NCBI GenBank assembly: GCA_018396695.1
Contig: JAGTQU010000003.1
Span: 12,899-76,898, forward strand
Direction of reading: 5' to 3'
Source of the DNA: Candidatus Bathyarchaeota archaeon
Lineage (GTDB): Archaea > Thermoproteota > Bathyarchaeia > TCS64
DNA: 64,000 bases
This document shows, in pieces, positions 9,009-18,013 of this stretch. Each line of letters opens with the position of its first letter. Position 1 is the stretch's first letter. A model generated the notes under the pieces. It saw only the letters and a list, made by a program, of their open reading frames with translations. It did no database searches and had not been told where the DNA came from. Both the position numbers and the translations under genes were made by a program.

Positions 9009-10034
9009 TTAACGTTGAGGTTCGACAACCACTTTTAGGGCGTCCGAGGCTTCTGAGACGAGCCTAAATCCGAGAGGGGTTTCGCATAGGCTGAGCCTAT
9101 GAGTCACCATATCCTTAACATTAACCCTGCGAGCTCTAATGAGTTCCAGAGCATCGTTTAGGTCGCTCGGCGCAGCCGCATAACTGGTTGCAAGGCTCAG
9201 CTGGCGGCTCCAGAAATCGTTAAGGTTAAGCGGGGCCTCAAACCCTGGGGCTGCAGGGGCGAAGAATAAGATTCTCCCAGCATCTTCAACGCAGTCGAAG
9301 GACTGTCTAATAGCTGAAGGGGCGTTCGTGCTCACTATCACGACGTCGGCGAGCCTGCCATGGTTCATCTCTCTCAGAACCTTAAGAACATCCTTTCCAG
9401 CATCGATCACCTCGTCTGCGCCGAACCTTTCCGCAGCCTCGAGCTTGAACCTGTGAATATCTGTGGAGATTATCCGTGATGCTCCTAACAGTCTTGCAAT
9501 TTGAATGTGCAGTATCCCTGAGACTCCGCTTCCCATGACGAGAACGGAATCTCCAACCCTAACTGGAAGCCTCCTCTGGCTCCTAAGCACACATGCAAGA
9601 GGCTCTGTGAAGACCCCTTCTTCAAACGTAACCTCCTCTGGGAGCTTGAAGACTCCTCGATCAACGTTGATGCTCGGGACCCTAGCATACTCTGAGAAGC
9701 CGCCTGGGTCGATGTTCGTCTTGTGCAGCGTCTCGCATGCAGTGTGCTCTCCTCTGAGGCAGAACCTGCAAGTGTTGCATGGGACATGATGGGAGACGAA
9801 GACCCTGTCGCCTACCTTATACTTTTCAACCCCTTCTCCAACCTCTGTGATGAAGCCTACAACCTCATGTCCTAAGACTAGGGGAGCTCTTCTCACCCTA
9901 TACCACTCCATAACGTCGCTCCCGCATATCCCACACGCCATCACTTTCAGTAGCACTTCACCATGCTTAACCTGAGGCTTAGAGACGGTTACTATTCGAA
10001 TATCATTATTGTTGTAATAGACGGCGACGCGCAT
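9009..10034 (-). CDS. Zn-dependent alcohol/polyol dehydrogenase (MDR family, sorbitol dehydrogenase-like)
   Basis: CGICGSD, LGHE, structural-Zn motif CNTCRFC...C and GSGVSG dinucleotide-binding motif. Confidence 0.9.
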   Translation of the reverse strand: MRVAVYYNNNDIRIVTVSKPQVKHGEVLLKVMACGICGSDVMEWYRVRRAPLVLGHEVVGFITEVGEGVEKYKVGDRVFVSHHVPCNTCRFCLRGEHTACETLHKTNIDPGGFSEYARVPSINVDRGVFKLPEEVTFEEGVFTEPLACVLRSQRRLPVRVGDSVLVMGSGVSGILHIQIARLLGASRIISTDIHRFKLEAAERFGADEVIDAGKDVLKVLREMNHGRLADVVIVSTNAPSAIRQSFDCVEDAGRILFFAPAAPGFEAPLNLNDFWSRQLSLATSYAAAPSDLNDALELIRARRVNVKDMVTHRLSLCETPLGFRLVSEASDALKVVVEPQR

Positions 10035-10082
10035 GGAGATGCCTCTTCTTAGTAGAGGCTTAAAGCAGTTATAAAGAATCTG

Positions 10083-10111
10083 ATCCCAATTTTAAACATT
10101 AAAATAGGGAT
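10083..10111. promoter_or_regulatory. Palindrome in the divergent promoter region
   Basis: ATCCCaATTTTAA-aca-TTAAAATaGGGAT; 12 of 13 arm positions are complementary. Confidence 0.5.
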
Positions 10112-10140
10112 GCCAAACAGATACTAAGCTGTGACTCTAG

Positions 10141-10986
10141 ATGAAACAAGAAACGACTTTTCGCAGAGGTAAGTCCTCCCCTAGGGTTGATTATCACTGC
10201 CACATCTCCATGAAAGAGTACGCCGACATCGACCATCCGACCATAGTAACCGTCTCTAAGGAGGAGTTCATCTCAGACCTCGACGCCGCGGGGTTCGACA
10301 AGGCTGTCGTGCTCTCTGATTCCAGGACGACGCCTGAGAGGGTAGCAGAGTTTGTGAAGCAGGCTCCAGACCGTTTCATAGGATTCGGCTACGTGAATCC
10401 GGTTAGAAGAGACGCTGCCGAAAGCGTTCTCGAACAGAAGGATGAGCTGGGCTTATTCGGGCTCAAACTCTACCCGACTACAGATGGATACCGGCCTGAC
10501 GACTACAGAGCATTCAAAACATATGAGGCGGCAGTAAGTCTTGACATGCCCATAATGCTCCACCATGCGGGGATGCCTGAACCCCATGATCTCTTGAAAC
10601 ACTCAGACCCGGCACAGATAGATGCCGTGGCAAGTTGCTTCCCAAAGCTGAGGATCATCCTAGCCCACCTAGGATACCCTAGGGTCGACGAAACCCTCTA
10701 CGTTTTGAGGAAACATAAAAACGTCTGGGCGGACGTGAGCTGGCCCTACGGAGACGTCAACCATCCGAGTTATAGGTTTATGCTCTGGCGCGATCTCCTA
10801 ACAGCCCTAAACCTAGGAGTGATGGACAAGCTCGTCTTCGGAACAGACTATCCAGGCGTCCGCCAAAAATTCTATAAGGAATTACTGGTGTCGGTCAACA
10901 AGTATGCCCCACATGAGGATTTGAAGATACCTAAGGAGAAGCTGGAAGCAATCACGAGCGATAATATTAAACCCCTGCTGCCCTAA
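10141..10986 (+). CDS. Amidohydrolase family protein (Amidohydro_2)
   Basis: DYHCH, GLKLYP, IILAHLG and LVFGTDYP. Confidence 0.85.
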   Translation: MKQETTFRRGKSSPRVDYHCHISMKEYADIDHPTIVTVSKEEFISDLDAAGFDKAVVLSDSRTTPERVAEFVKQAPDRFIGFGYVNPVRRDAAESVLEQKDELGLFGLKLYPTTDGYRPDDYRAFKTYEAAVSLDMPIMLHHAGMPEPHDLLKHSDPAQIDAVASCFPKLRIILAHLGYPRVDETLYVLRKHKNVWADVSWPYGDVNHPSYRFMLWRDLLTALNLGVMDKLVFGTDYPGVRQKFYKELLVSVNKYAPHEDLKIPKEKLEAITSDNIKPLLP

Positions 10987-11003
10987 AAAATCAAAAAACT
11001 TTT

Positions 11004-11345
11004 TTATTTTCCTAGTTGCCGCCTCACTTTCTCAACCTTGTCCTCCATTCTACGCGGCTCATCCCGCCTGTCATCTATTTTTATATCTGTTACAACCCTT
11101 TTCGCCCCAGCCTTGAATACGGCTTCATGGGCTTCCAAGATCACCTTGATAGCCTCTTCGAGGGTATCTGCCTCGAGGATCGTCGACATGGGTGTCAGCT
11201 GATATCTTAAGCCCGACTTTTCAACCTCCCTTAAAGCCTCGGCCACGAACCTCGACACGCTTATACCTTCACCTAAGGGAGAGGTTGTGAACTGGACGAT
11301 GACTTTACGACCTCTGCCACTTTTCTCCATCGTATTCACCATCAT
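11004..11345 (-). CDS. MTH1187/YkoF-like thiamine-binding family protein
   Basis: PLGEGISVSRFVA, LTPMSTILE and RVVTDIKIDDRRD. Confidence 0.85.
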   Translation of the reverse strand: MMVNTMEKSGRGRKVIVQFTTSPLGEGISVSRFVAEALREVEKSGLRYQLTPMSTILEADTLEEAIKVILEAHEAVFKAGAKRVVTDIKIDDRRDEPRRMEDKVEKVRRQLGK

Positions 11346-11457
11346 ATTTTGAAAAATTGTTTCAGATAACTTTACCGTAAGGATTTGTTAAGTGATGGAC
11401 ATATCGTCTACTTCTCTTCAGAATATTTCGCATCATTTCTCCGAAATTTCGAAACTA

Positions 11458-12141
11458 TCAAGCACAGTTCTTCCTAGCTTTAAGGAGGATCACTCCCGCC
11501 TTCGAAGTATCCGAAGTTAAATCTATCTCATCTGACGGCTTATCTGGAGGTGAAGTTAATGTTCCGACTATCTTCTCTATATCGTAACCAGACTCATGTA
11601 AAAATCTACAGACCTCGGCAAGCGTGTAGAGCCGAGAGAAATGGAAGATAGACTCTTCATTTTCGGCACGTTTAGAGTATAGGCTGCCCCACGCGCTCTC
11701 CCGATTGATGAAGACTGAAACCAAGGATGCATCTTCCTTGAGAACAGGATTGATAGAGTTTAATACATCTTGAGAGTTAGGAACGAATTCCAATACAGTT
11801 ACCATGTATGCAAAGTCCAGTATTCCAGATCTCAATGGAATATTCTCAGCAGTCGCTAAAATGACAACTAGACCTCTATTCGCAGCCTTTTCTATCATAT
11901 TAGAGGAAGGATCTAGACATATAATAATTCTTTCAACCGTTGAAAGATGCTCTGCGAAAATCCCGGTGCCAGCTCCGATATCCAAGCCAATGCCGGATAT
12001 AGGTAAAAGACTCCTTAACCCATTAAGTTCGGATTTAAAGGCATAAACTCCCACGGGCTTACCATACCAGTCATCGTAAGAAGAAGCAGACCTCTCGAAT
12101 GCTCTTATGATTCTCCTAAGATCTTCCATTTTTAATACCAA
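11458..12141 (-). CDS. Class I SAM-dependent methyltransferase
   Basis: LDIGAGTG motif I, LDPS and AENIP. Confidence 0.85.
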   Translation of the reverse strand: MVLKMEDLRRIIRAFERSASSYDDWYGKPVGVYAFKSELNGLRSLLPISGIGLDIGAGTGIFAEHLSTVERIIICLDPSSNMIEKAANRGLVVILATAENIPLRSGILDFAYMVTVLEFVPNSQDVLNSINPVLKEDASLVSVFINRESAWGSLYSKRAENEESIFHFSRLYTLAEVCRFLHESGYDIEKIVGTLTSPPDKPSDEIDLTSDTSKAGVILLKARKNCA

Positions 12142-12364
12142 CTATTTGTATTTGTAACTTCTAGAAGAATGTTATCAGGCTAATTATTGACATTAAAAAA
12201 AGGCCTCACTTGAACTGATATCGACAAAATTAAGCCTGAAATAATGATAACTCTTTATAATGCCATAAGAACTCTACGATTCAACCTGAAGAGACCGGAG
12301 AAGCAGCTAGAAACCCCTAACAATAACTATCTATTTATTATTTAATCCTTAATACTTTAACGGA

Positions 12365-13390
12365 TTGGGAGTAAACCTTACACCGATCGCCACGAGGAAG
12401 ATCGTCAATTTAGAGTTTCTAAGAGGCAGAACCATAGCCTTCGATGCCTCCATAGAGCTTCATCAGTTCCTAGCTTTAATTAGAACCCATGACGGGAGAC
12501 TACTCTCCGACGATAAGGGTGAAGTTACCTCTCATCTCGTCGGACTCGCCTTTAGAACAACGAGGCTGATATTAGATTACGACATCAGACCTGTCTTCGT
12601 CTTCGACGGTAAGCCACCCTCCTTAAAGATGATTGCGATTGAAAAACGTAGAGAGGTGCGAAGAAAGGCTGAGGAAGAATACTCGGAAGCCGTGAAGCAT
12701 GGCGACTACGCGACAGCCTTCTCCAAAGCTGTCATGACCGGGACTCTAACGAAGAGCATAATCTCTGACTCGAAGCGTCTCCTTGATCTCCTTGGAATCC
12801 CATATGTTCAGGCGCCAGGTGAAGGCGAAGCCCAAGCAGCTTACATGGCTAAGAGGGGTAGCACGTGGGGTGTTGGAAGCCGGGACTATGATTCACTATT
12901 GTTCGGGGCACCCAGACTCGTAAGGCATATTACGATACAGGGTGAAGAATACCTACCTAGCAAGGGCATATCACGCAGAATTAAGCCAGAGTATATTGAG
13001 CTGGAGGGTTTTCTGCGACACTATGGCTTGACTAGAGAGCAGCTGATAGACCTCTCTATTCTCATAGGCACAGACTTCAACAAAGGTGTAAAAGGCATCG
13101 GTCCGAAGACGGCTCTAAAACTCGTCAAGAAGCACGGGAGGCTGGAGGAGATGCCTGAGGAGATCCTTAACGAGCTTAAGGGTTTCGAAGAGGTGCGTAA
13201 ACTCTATCTGGATCCCGAAGTAACTGAGGAATATGAGATTAAATGGGGTTCTCTCGATGAGGAGGGCTTATACTCATTCCTTTGCGATGAGCATTCATTC
13301 TCAAAGAATAGGGTGGAAGTAATAGCCAAGCGGATGAGGAGCTTCCACAGTAAGAGAACCCTCGAAGGATGGCTCCCAGGAGGCGGTTAG
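12365..13390 (+). CDS. fen: Flap endonuclease 1
   Basis: MGV start, PVFVFDG, APGEGEAQAA, SRDYDSLLFG, ILIGTDFN and GIGPKTA (H3TH); C-terminal KRTLEGWL. Confidence 0.95.
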   Translation: MGVNLTPIATRKIVNLEFLRGRTIAFDASIELHQFLALIRTHDGRLLSDDKGEVTSHLVGLAFRTTRLILDYDIRPVFVFDGKPPSLKMIAIEKRREVRRKAEEEYSEAVKHGDYATAFSKAVMTGTLTKSIISDSKRLLDLLGIPYVQAPGEGEAQAAYMAKRGSTWGVGSRDYDSLLFGAPRLVRHITIQGEEYLPSKGISRRIKPEYIELEGFLRHYGLTREQLIDLSILIGTDFNKGVKGIGPKTALKLVKKHGRLEEMPEEILNELKGFEEVRKLYLDPEVTEEYEIKWGSLDEEGLYSFLCDEHSFSKNRVEVIAKRMRSFHSKRTLEGWLPGGG

Positions 13391-13391
13391 A

Positions 13392-14981
13392 ATGGCTCCA
13401 ACTAGCTTCTCCGAGCTCGCTAAGCTCTGCAGGGACCTCGAATCGACGACGAAGCGTAAGGAGAAGACCAGGCTGTTAGCGGAGTTTCTGAGGAGGCTTG
13501 AACCTGATGAAGTCGCTCCAGCGGTGCTCCTCATAGTCGGCGCCGTATTCCCGGAGTTCGATACACGAACCCTTGACGTAGGATACATGACCGTTAAACG
13601 CATCTTCGAAGGAGGGAAACAAACAATGCTGATGGATAAACCTCTAACAATAAAGGAGGCTTACAGGAGCTTAGACGAGGTAGCTAAGGCTTCAGGAAAG
13701 GGGTCTAGGCGTTTGAAGGAGAGCCTCCTCAGGGGGCTGATGAGCCGAGCATCTTCGGAGGAGGTGGAGGTTCTCACACGGATAATCTTCGGAGAGATGA
13801 GGATCGGCGTAAACGAAGGGATGATGATAGAGGGGATCGCGGAAGCAGCAGGGATTGAAGACTCAATCATTCGAAGAGCTTTGATGCTGACTGGAGATAT
13901 AGGTAAAGTTGCGAAAACGGCGCTAACCGAGGGGATTGGAGAGGTCAATAGGATAAGCATGGCGATGTTCGTGCCGTTGAAGCCGATGCTAGCAGCCATG
14001 TCCTACGATATTGGAGAAGTCTTAGAGGAGCATGGAGGCGTATCAGCTTTCGAGTTCAAGTTCGACGGGGCGAGGATACAGGCTCACAAATCAGGGGGAG
14101 AAGTCAGGATATTTAGTAGACGCTTAACCGATGTGACTGAGAGCCTCCCTGACATAGTTGAGGTGATTAGGGAAAGGATTAAGCCAGATGAGGTTATTCT
14201 CGACGGTGAAGCGGTTGCAGTAGGCGCCGGAGGCAAGCCCCTCCCATTCCAAGACCTGATGAGAAGATTCACCAGAGTGCAGAAGATAGAAGAGACGGTG
14301 GAGAAGATCCCGCTAAGGCTTCACATCTTCGACATACTATACCATAATGGCAAACTCCTAATCGACGAGCCTTACGAAGAACGCTGGAGGCTACTCAAAA
14401 GCATCTGCCCGAATGAACTGATTGCAGAGAGAATCGTCTCGGGCGATGTGCACGGGATCGAGGTTTTCCTCAAGCGTGCTCTTGAAGCAGGACATGAAGG
14501 ACTCATGGCGAAGCGTCTGGACAGCAGGTATACGCCTGGTGTTCGAGGAAAAGGATGGTTCAAGATTAAGCCTGCGGAGACCCTCGACCTAGTCATAGTA
14601 GCGGCTGACTGGGGGTATGGCCGTCGGACTGGCTGGCTCAGCAACTACCATCTAGCCGCCAGAGACGGAGAAGATTATGCGATGATCGGGAAGACCTTTA
14701 AAGGGCTTACAGATGAAGAATTCAGCTGGATGACGAATAGGCTTCAGGAGCTGAAGATCGGCGAGATTGAGGCGACGGTCTACGTTAAGCCTGAGATAGT
14801 CGTCGAAGTCGACTTCAATGAGATACAGAGGAGCCCCCATTACACGTCAGGATTCGCTCTAAGATTCGCTAGAATCAAGAGGATAAGGACAGATAAGGGA
14901 CCGGGGGATGCCGACAAGCTGGAAAGTGTAAAGGAACTCTACGACAAACAGTTCGCATACAAATCCAAAATTGATTTATGA
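13392..14981 (+). CDS. lig: ATP-dependent DNA ligase (LigB-like)
   Basis: Motif I EFKFDG (active-site Lys), ILDGE, FDIL, EGLMAK, WFKIK and ALRFARIKRIRTDK. Confidence 0.95.
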   Translation: MAPTSFSELAKLCRDLESTTKRKEKTRLLAEFLRRLEPDEVAPAVLLIVGAVFPEFDTRTLDVGYMTVKRIFEGGKQTMLMDKPLTIKEAYRSLDEVAKASGKGSRRLKESLLRGLMSRASSEEVEVLTRIIFGEMRIGVNEGMMIEGIAEAAGIEDSIIRRALMLTGDIGKVAKTALTEGIGEVNRISMAMFVPLKPMLAAMSYDIGEVLEEHGGVSAFEFKFDGARIQAHKSGGEVRIFSRRLTDVTESLPDIVEVIRERIKPDEVILDGEAVAVGAGGKPLPFQDLMRRFTRVQKIEETVEKIPLRLHIFDILYHNGKLLIDEPYEERWRLLKSICPNELIAERIVSGDVHGIEVFLKRALEAGHEGLMAKRLDSRYTPGVRGKGWFKIKPAETLDLVIVAADWGYGRRTGWLSNYHLAARDGEDYAMIGKTFKGLTDEEFSWMTNRLQELKIGEIEATVYVKPEIVVEVDFNEIQRSPHYTSGFALRFARIKRIRTDKGPGDADKLESVKELYDKQFAYKSKIDL

Positions 14982-15053
14982 ATTACCATATTCTAATCCT
15001 TTCAGGGTTTGCAGTCTTTGTTTAAAATTGCATGAAGATAGATTGAAAGGGAG

Positions 15054-15920
15054 TTAAGGATAGAATTTAGTTGGGACATTAAATGCTAATCTTGCATGCT
15101 CTAGGTCTTCGACCAACTGATCTGCAGCTTTAACAGCCTCAGGACAAGGTCCTGTACCCGAAATTCCGCACTCGATTATACCAAGGTCATGAACGATCTT
15201 CTCGAACATTGGTTTGTATACCCAAGTTAGGTTTTTGTAGGGATTCGCTCCATGAGCTACAAAGTTCAAGTAAATGCCTTCACCAAAAACCTCACAGAAT
15301 TCTCCAAGAGCGCCTATTGAGCGTCGTATATTCAACCACTCTTCAGCGTTTACCTGATTAATCCTTGAAAGAGTTTCTAACTGGATTCCAAGGCGGTTAG
15401 AATAATCAGAGACAGCAAAAAGCGTTCTGGAATCTATATAACCCTTTGTAATGCTCGTATTCAATTCCACTATTGAACTGTGTATGGAGTCTCTAGAATC
15501 AGATATAGCCCATATCAGAGTAATTCTATTGACTTCACTGACCTGCGCAAAGGAATAAAACCAGATCATATTCGATGAAAGTAGAAGAATTAAAGAGACA
15601 ATGATAATCGTTGTTGGCTTGATTCTATGACCGAATAAACGAATTTCTTCACGTCGTTTCTCAACAGGCTCTTCGACATTAGTTATGAGATTGATGGCAG
15701 CTTTTCCATACTCAGATAAGCCGTATTTATCATCGCTCTTCATTAATAGATCTCTCAAAGAATCAAGATGATAGTTTAGTACCCCGGTCTCAAGCCCTAA
15801 ACTTTTTAGTAATTCGGTATATGTTGAAGGCGATTCATTCAATATTCTCAGGATCTTTCTACGGATGGGGTGTTTGAGCGATGAGAATATTACAGTATAG
15901 GTATCTTCCTCCGGATCCAA
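15054..15920 (-). CDS. Membrane-anchored ArsR-like winged-helix regulator with a C-terminal extracytoplasmic domain
   Basis: IFSSLKHPIRRKIL...TYTEL...LNYHL...YGLSEYGK wHTH, then one TM helix (IIIVSLILLLSSNMIWF) and a helical domain. Confidence 0.8.
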   Translation of the reverse strand: MDPEEDTYTVIFSSLKHPIRRKILRILNESPSTYTELLKSLGLETGVLNYHLDSLRDLLMKSDDKYGLSEYGKAAINLITNVEEPVEKRREEIRLFGHRIKPTTIIIVSLILLLSSNMIWFYSFAQVSEVNRITLIWAISDSRDSIHSSIVELNTSITKGYIDSRTLFAVSDYSNRLGIQLETLSRINQVNAEEWLNIRRSIGALGEFCEVFGEGIYLNFVAHGANPYKNLTWVYKPMFEKIVHDLGIIECGISGTGPCPEAVKAADQLVEDLEHARLAFNVPTKFYP

Positions 15921-15959
15921 GGCAATCTAATTAACTTAGATAAAAAAGTATGAAAGGAT

Positions 15960-16019
15960 TTTTGAATAGAAAGTTTGTCAAGGATTCAACATAGGATTTG
16001 ACAAGATTTGTATTCAAAA
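15960..16019. promoter_or_regulatory. 60-bp imperfect inverted repeat (putative operator)
   Basis: TTTTGAATAgAAAgtTTGTCAA-N16-TTGACAAgaTTTgTATTCAAAA; 19 of 22 arm positions pair. It lies directly upstream of the TATA-like TTAAAT at 16024. Confidence 0.7.
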
Positions 16020-16062
16020 TAAGTTAAATCTTTGCGTACCCCTACTTTCTCGGGTAAAAACC

Positions 16063-16545
16063 ATGAGAAAAAGAAAGTATGCACTGCTTGGAATCGTCCT
16101 GATGTCTCTGTTTATACCTACAATCACAATGGCCTTAGCATCGGAGAACAAGTATATCTACCGGACGGCTACACCAGAAGAGGTACAACCCTTCTTCCCC
16201 ACAATAATTGACTTAGGTCCAGTAAAAGGAGTTCGGGTGGTCAAGCCTGACTTCACCTACGAGTACGTTTATGACAACCGTACTTTAGACCAAGATGAAG
16301 GCTATCAGTATGGTTATTACTATCCATATGCGATATCAGTTCGCATTAACACACTGTCGCCTTCAGGTTATACATTGACAGTGTCAATCATATCGGGCGG
16401 GCAAACAAAATGGTCCGGCGAACTAGGCGAAGGGGAAAGCTCCCCGACAATAACTTGCAACGGTGCTCAAACTTATGTCAGGATAGTTAACCAGAACAGT
16501 GTTCAGATACACTATACATCAACAATTACTTTGATCTATAACTGA
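16063..16545 (+). CDS. Secreted hypothetical protein, beta-rich
   Basis: Signal peptide MRKRKYALLGIVLMSLFIPTITMALA; the mature part is Tyr/Thr-rich with alternating beta-strand patterns. Confidence 0.7.
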   Translation: MRKRKYALLGIVLMSLFIPTITMALASENKYIYRTATPEEVQPFFPTIIDLGPVKGVRVVKPDFTYEYVYDNRTLDQDEGYQYGYYYPYAISVRINTLSPSGYTLTVSIISGGQTKWSGELGEGESSPTITCNGAQTYVRIVNQNSVQIHYTSTITLIYN

Positions 16546-16672
16546 TTTCCCATCTTTTTCGATTTTAATTATTATATTTTAGCAAATCCATCTCTTATTA
16601 GTATCAGGAGGGTACACTATACGAATCATTAAAATCTGGATAAAAGCGAACCTAAAATGAATCTCTATTAAA

Positions 16673-17917
16673 TTATTGATTAGAATCACGTTGAGATCGA
16701 GCTGAGAAAATTAGACAGATCTGCGCTGCCAATCCTGCGCCTACCATTGTAAGCCAGATAGCGTTGAACGAAAAGCTGTCTATGAGAGCACCTAGCAATG
16801 TTGACCATAGAGCGCTTACTCCGAAACCGAATGTGAAATAGAATCCTAAAAGAACATCTTTTTCGGCATGTGTTGCGTTTTTTACTAATTGAGCTTGGAG
16901 AAGGCTGCTCATACTGAAAGTAGTCATTGAGAGAATGAAGAGGTGAGGGATGAGAAGAATATTATATTCCTTATAAGCAGTAAGCAAGAATATAGTTACG
17001 GTTGTTATGCTAAGAGAGATTAAAGCTATTTTAAGATAGCCATGCTGGTCGCCTAATCTGCCTAGATATAATGTACCTAATACTCCTCCTATTGTTGCTA
17101 GGCTTGTTATGATCCCTGCAAATCCAACAGTCAAGTTTAGTCCTTTCGATGAGTCTCTAAGAAAGACTGGAATCCAAGTTGTCATGACACCCATGCCTGT
17201 TCCGCCTGATATGAATGCTTGAGCTATCAGTATAGGTATCGCGCCTCTCACCTTGAAAGCAGCTTTAACATCTCCCAGAAGTCTATCTCCAGACTCTTCT
17301 GAGGATATTCTATCTGCAGATGCTTCTCCTCTAAGCCCAGAGAACACTATAAGACCTGAGAAGAAAAATATCAAAGTTAATAGGAGAAAAGCATTCCTCC
17401 AACCAGAAAAGAGAGCTATGCTTGAGAGGAGAATAGGGCTTACAATGTTACCTACATAACCGAGTCCATAGAATATTGAAAGCATAGAGCCCAGTCTCTT
17501 ATCAAACTTGCTACTAATTATTGAACTGCTTACGGGATGGATCCCTGCCTGTCCTATGCCAATTACCGTTTTTCCTGCCAGCACTCCTTCGAAGCAGCTG
17601 GCTACCCCAGTTATCGCAGATCCGATCGATAATGCAAAGTTGGAGCCGACTAGAAGTAACCTTCTTGAGACCCATCTGCTAGTGACACTGTAAACTATCT
17701 GAAGGAATCCACCGAGAATGTTTACTATACCCACCATCATACCTATCTGTGTATAGTTGAGATTGAGATCCTCCATAATGTTATTATAAAGAATCGAAGA
17801 ACCTGCGTAAAGATGCTGAGCGAAATGAGATATTGTGATCCCGCTCATAGCCAGCCGATTTGACCTTCTATTATCCCCTTCACTATTCAAAACAGTCAAC
17901 CTTGGATTTGCCTTCAT
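16673..17917 (-). CDS. MFS transporter
   Basis: About 12 TM helices, GRLGDQHG loop motif and GIGQAGIHP. Confidence 0.85.
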   Translation of the reverse strand: MKANPRLTVLNSEGDNRRSNRLAMSGITISHFAQHLYAGSSILYNNIMEDLNLNYTQIGMMVGIVNILGGFLQIVYSVTSRWVSRRLLLVGSNFALSIGSAITGVASCFEGVLAGKTVIGIGQAGIHPVSSSIISSKFDKRLGSMLSIFYGLGYVGNIVSPILLSSIALFSGWRNAFLLLTLIFFFSGLIVFSGLRGEASADRISSEESGDRLLGDVKAAFKVRGAIPILIAQAFISGGTGMGVMTTWIPVFLRDSSKGLNLTVGFAGIITSLATIGGVLGTLYLGRLGDQHGYLKIALISLSITTVTIFLLTAYKEYNILLIPHLFILSMTTFSMSSLLQAQLVKNATHAEKDVLLGFYFTFGFGVSALWSTLLGALIDSFSFNAIWLTMVGAGLAAQICLIFSARSQRDSNQ

Positions 17918-18013
17918 TCCTTCGAAGGAATTTATAAATCTATTTACATCTTTTAGGGTTTCTAGAAAAAGCTATATGTTGGTCGTAGTAGGATAAATCT
18001 ATCTATCAGAGGG

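Noticed and set aside
12175..12240. Loose inverted repeat (TCAGGCT..AGCCTGA) upstream of fen
   Set aside because: It needs gaps to align and is AT-rich; could be chance.
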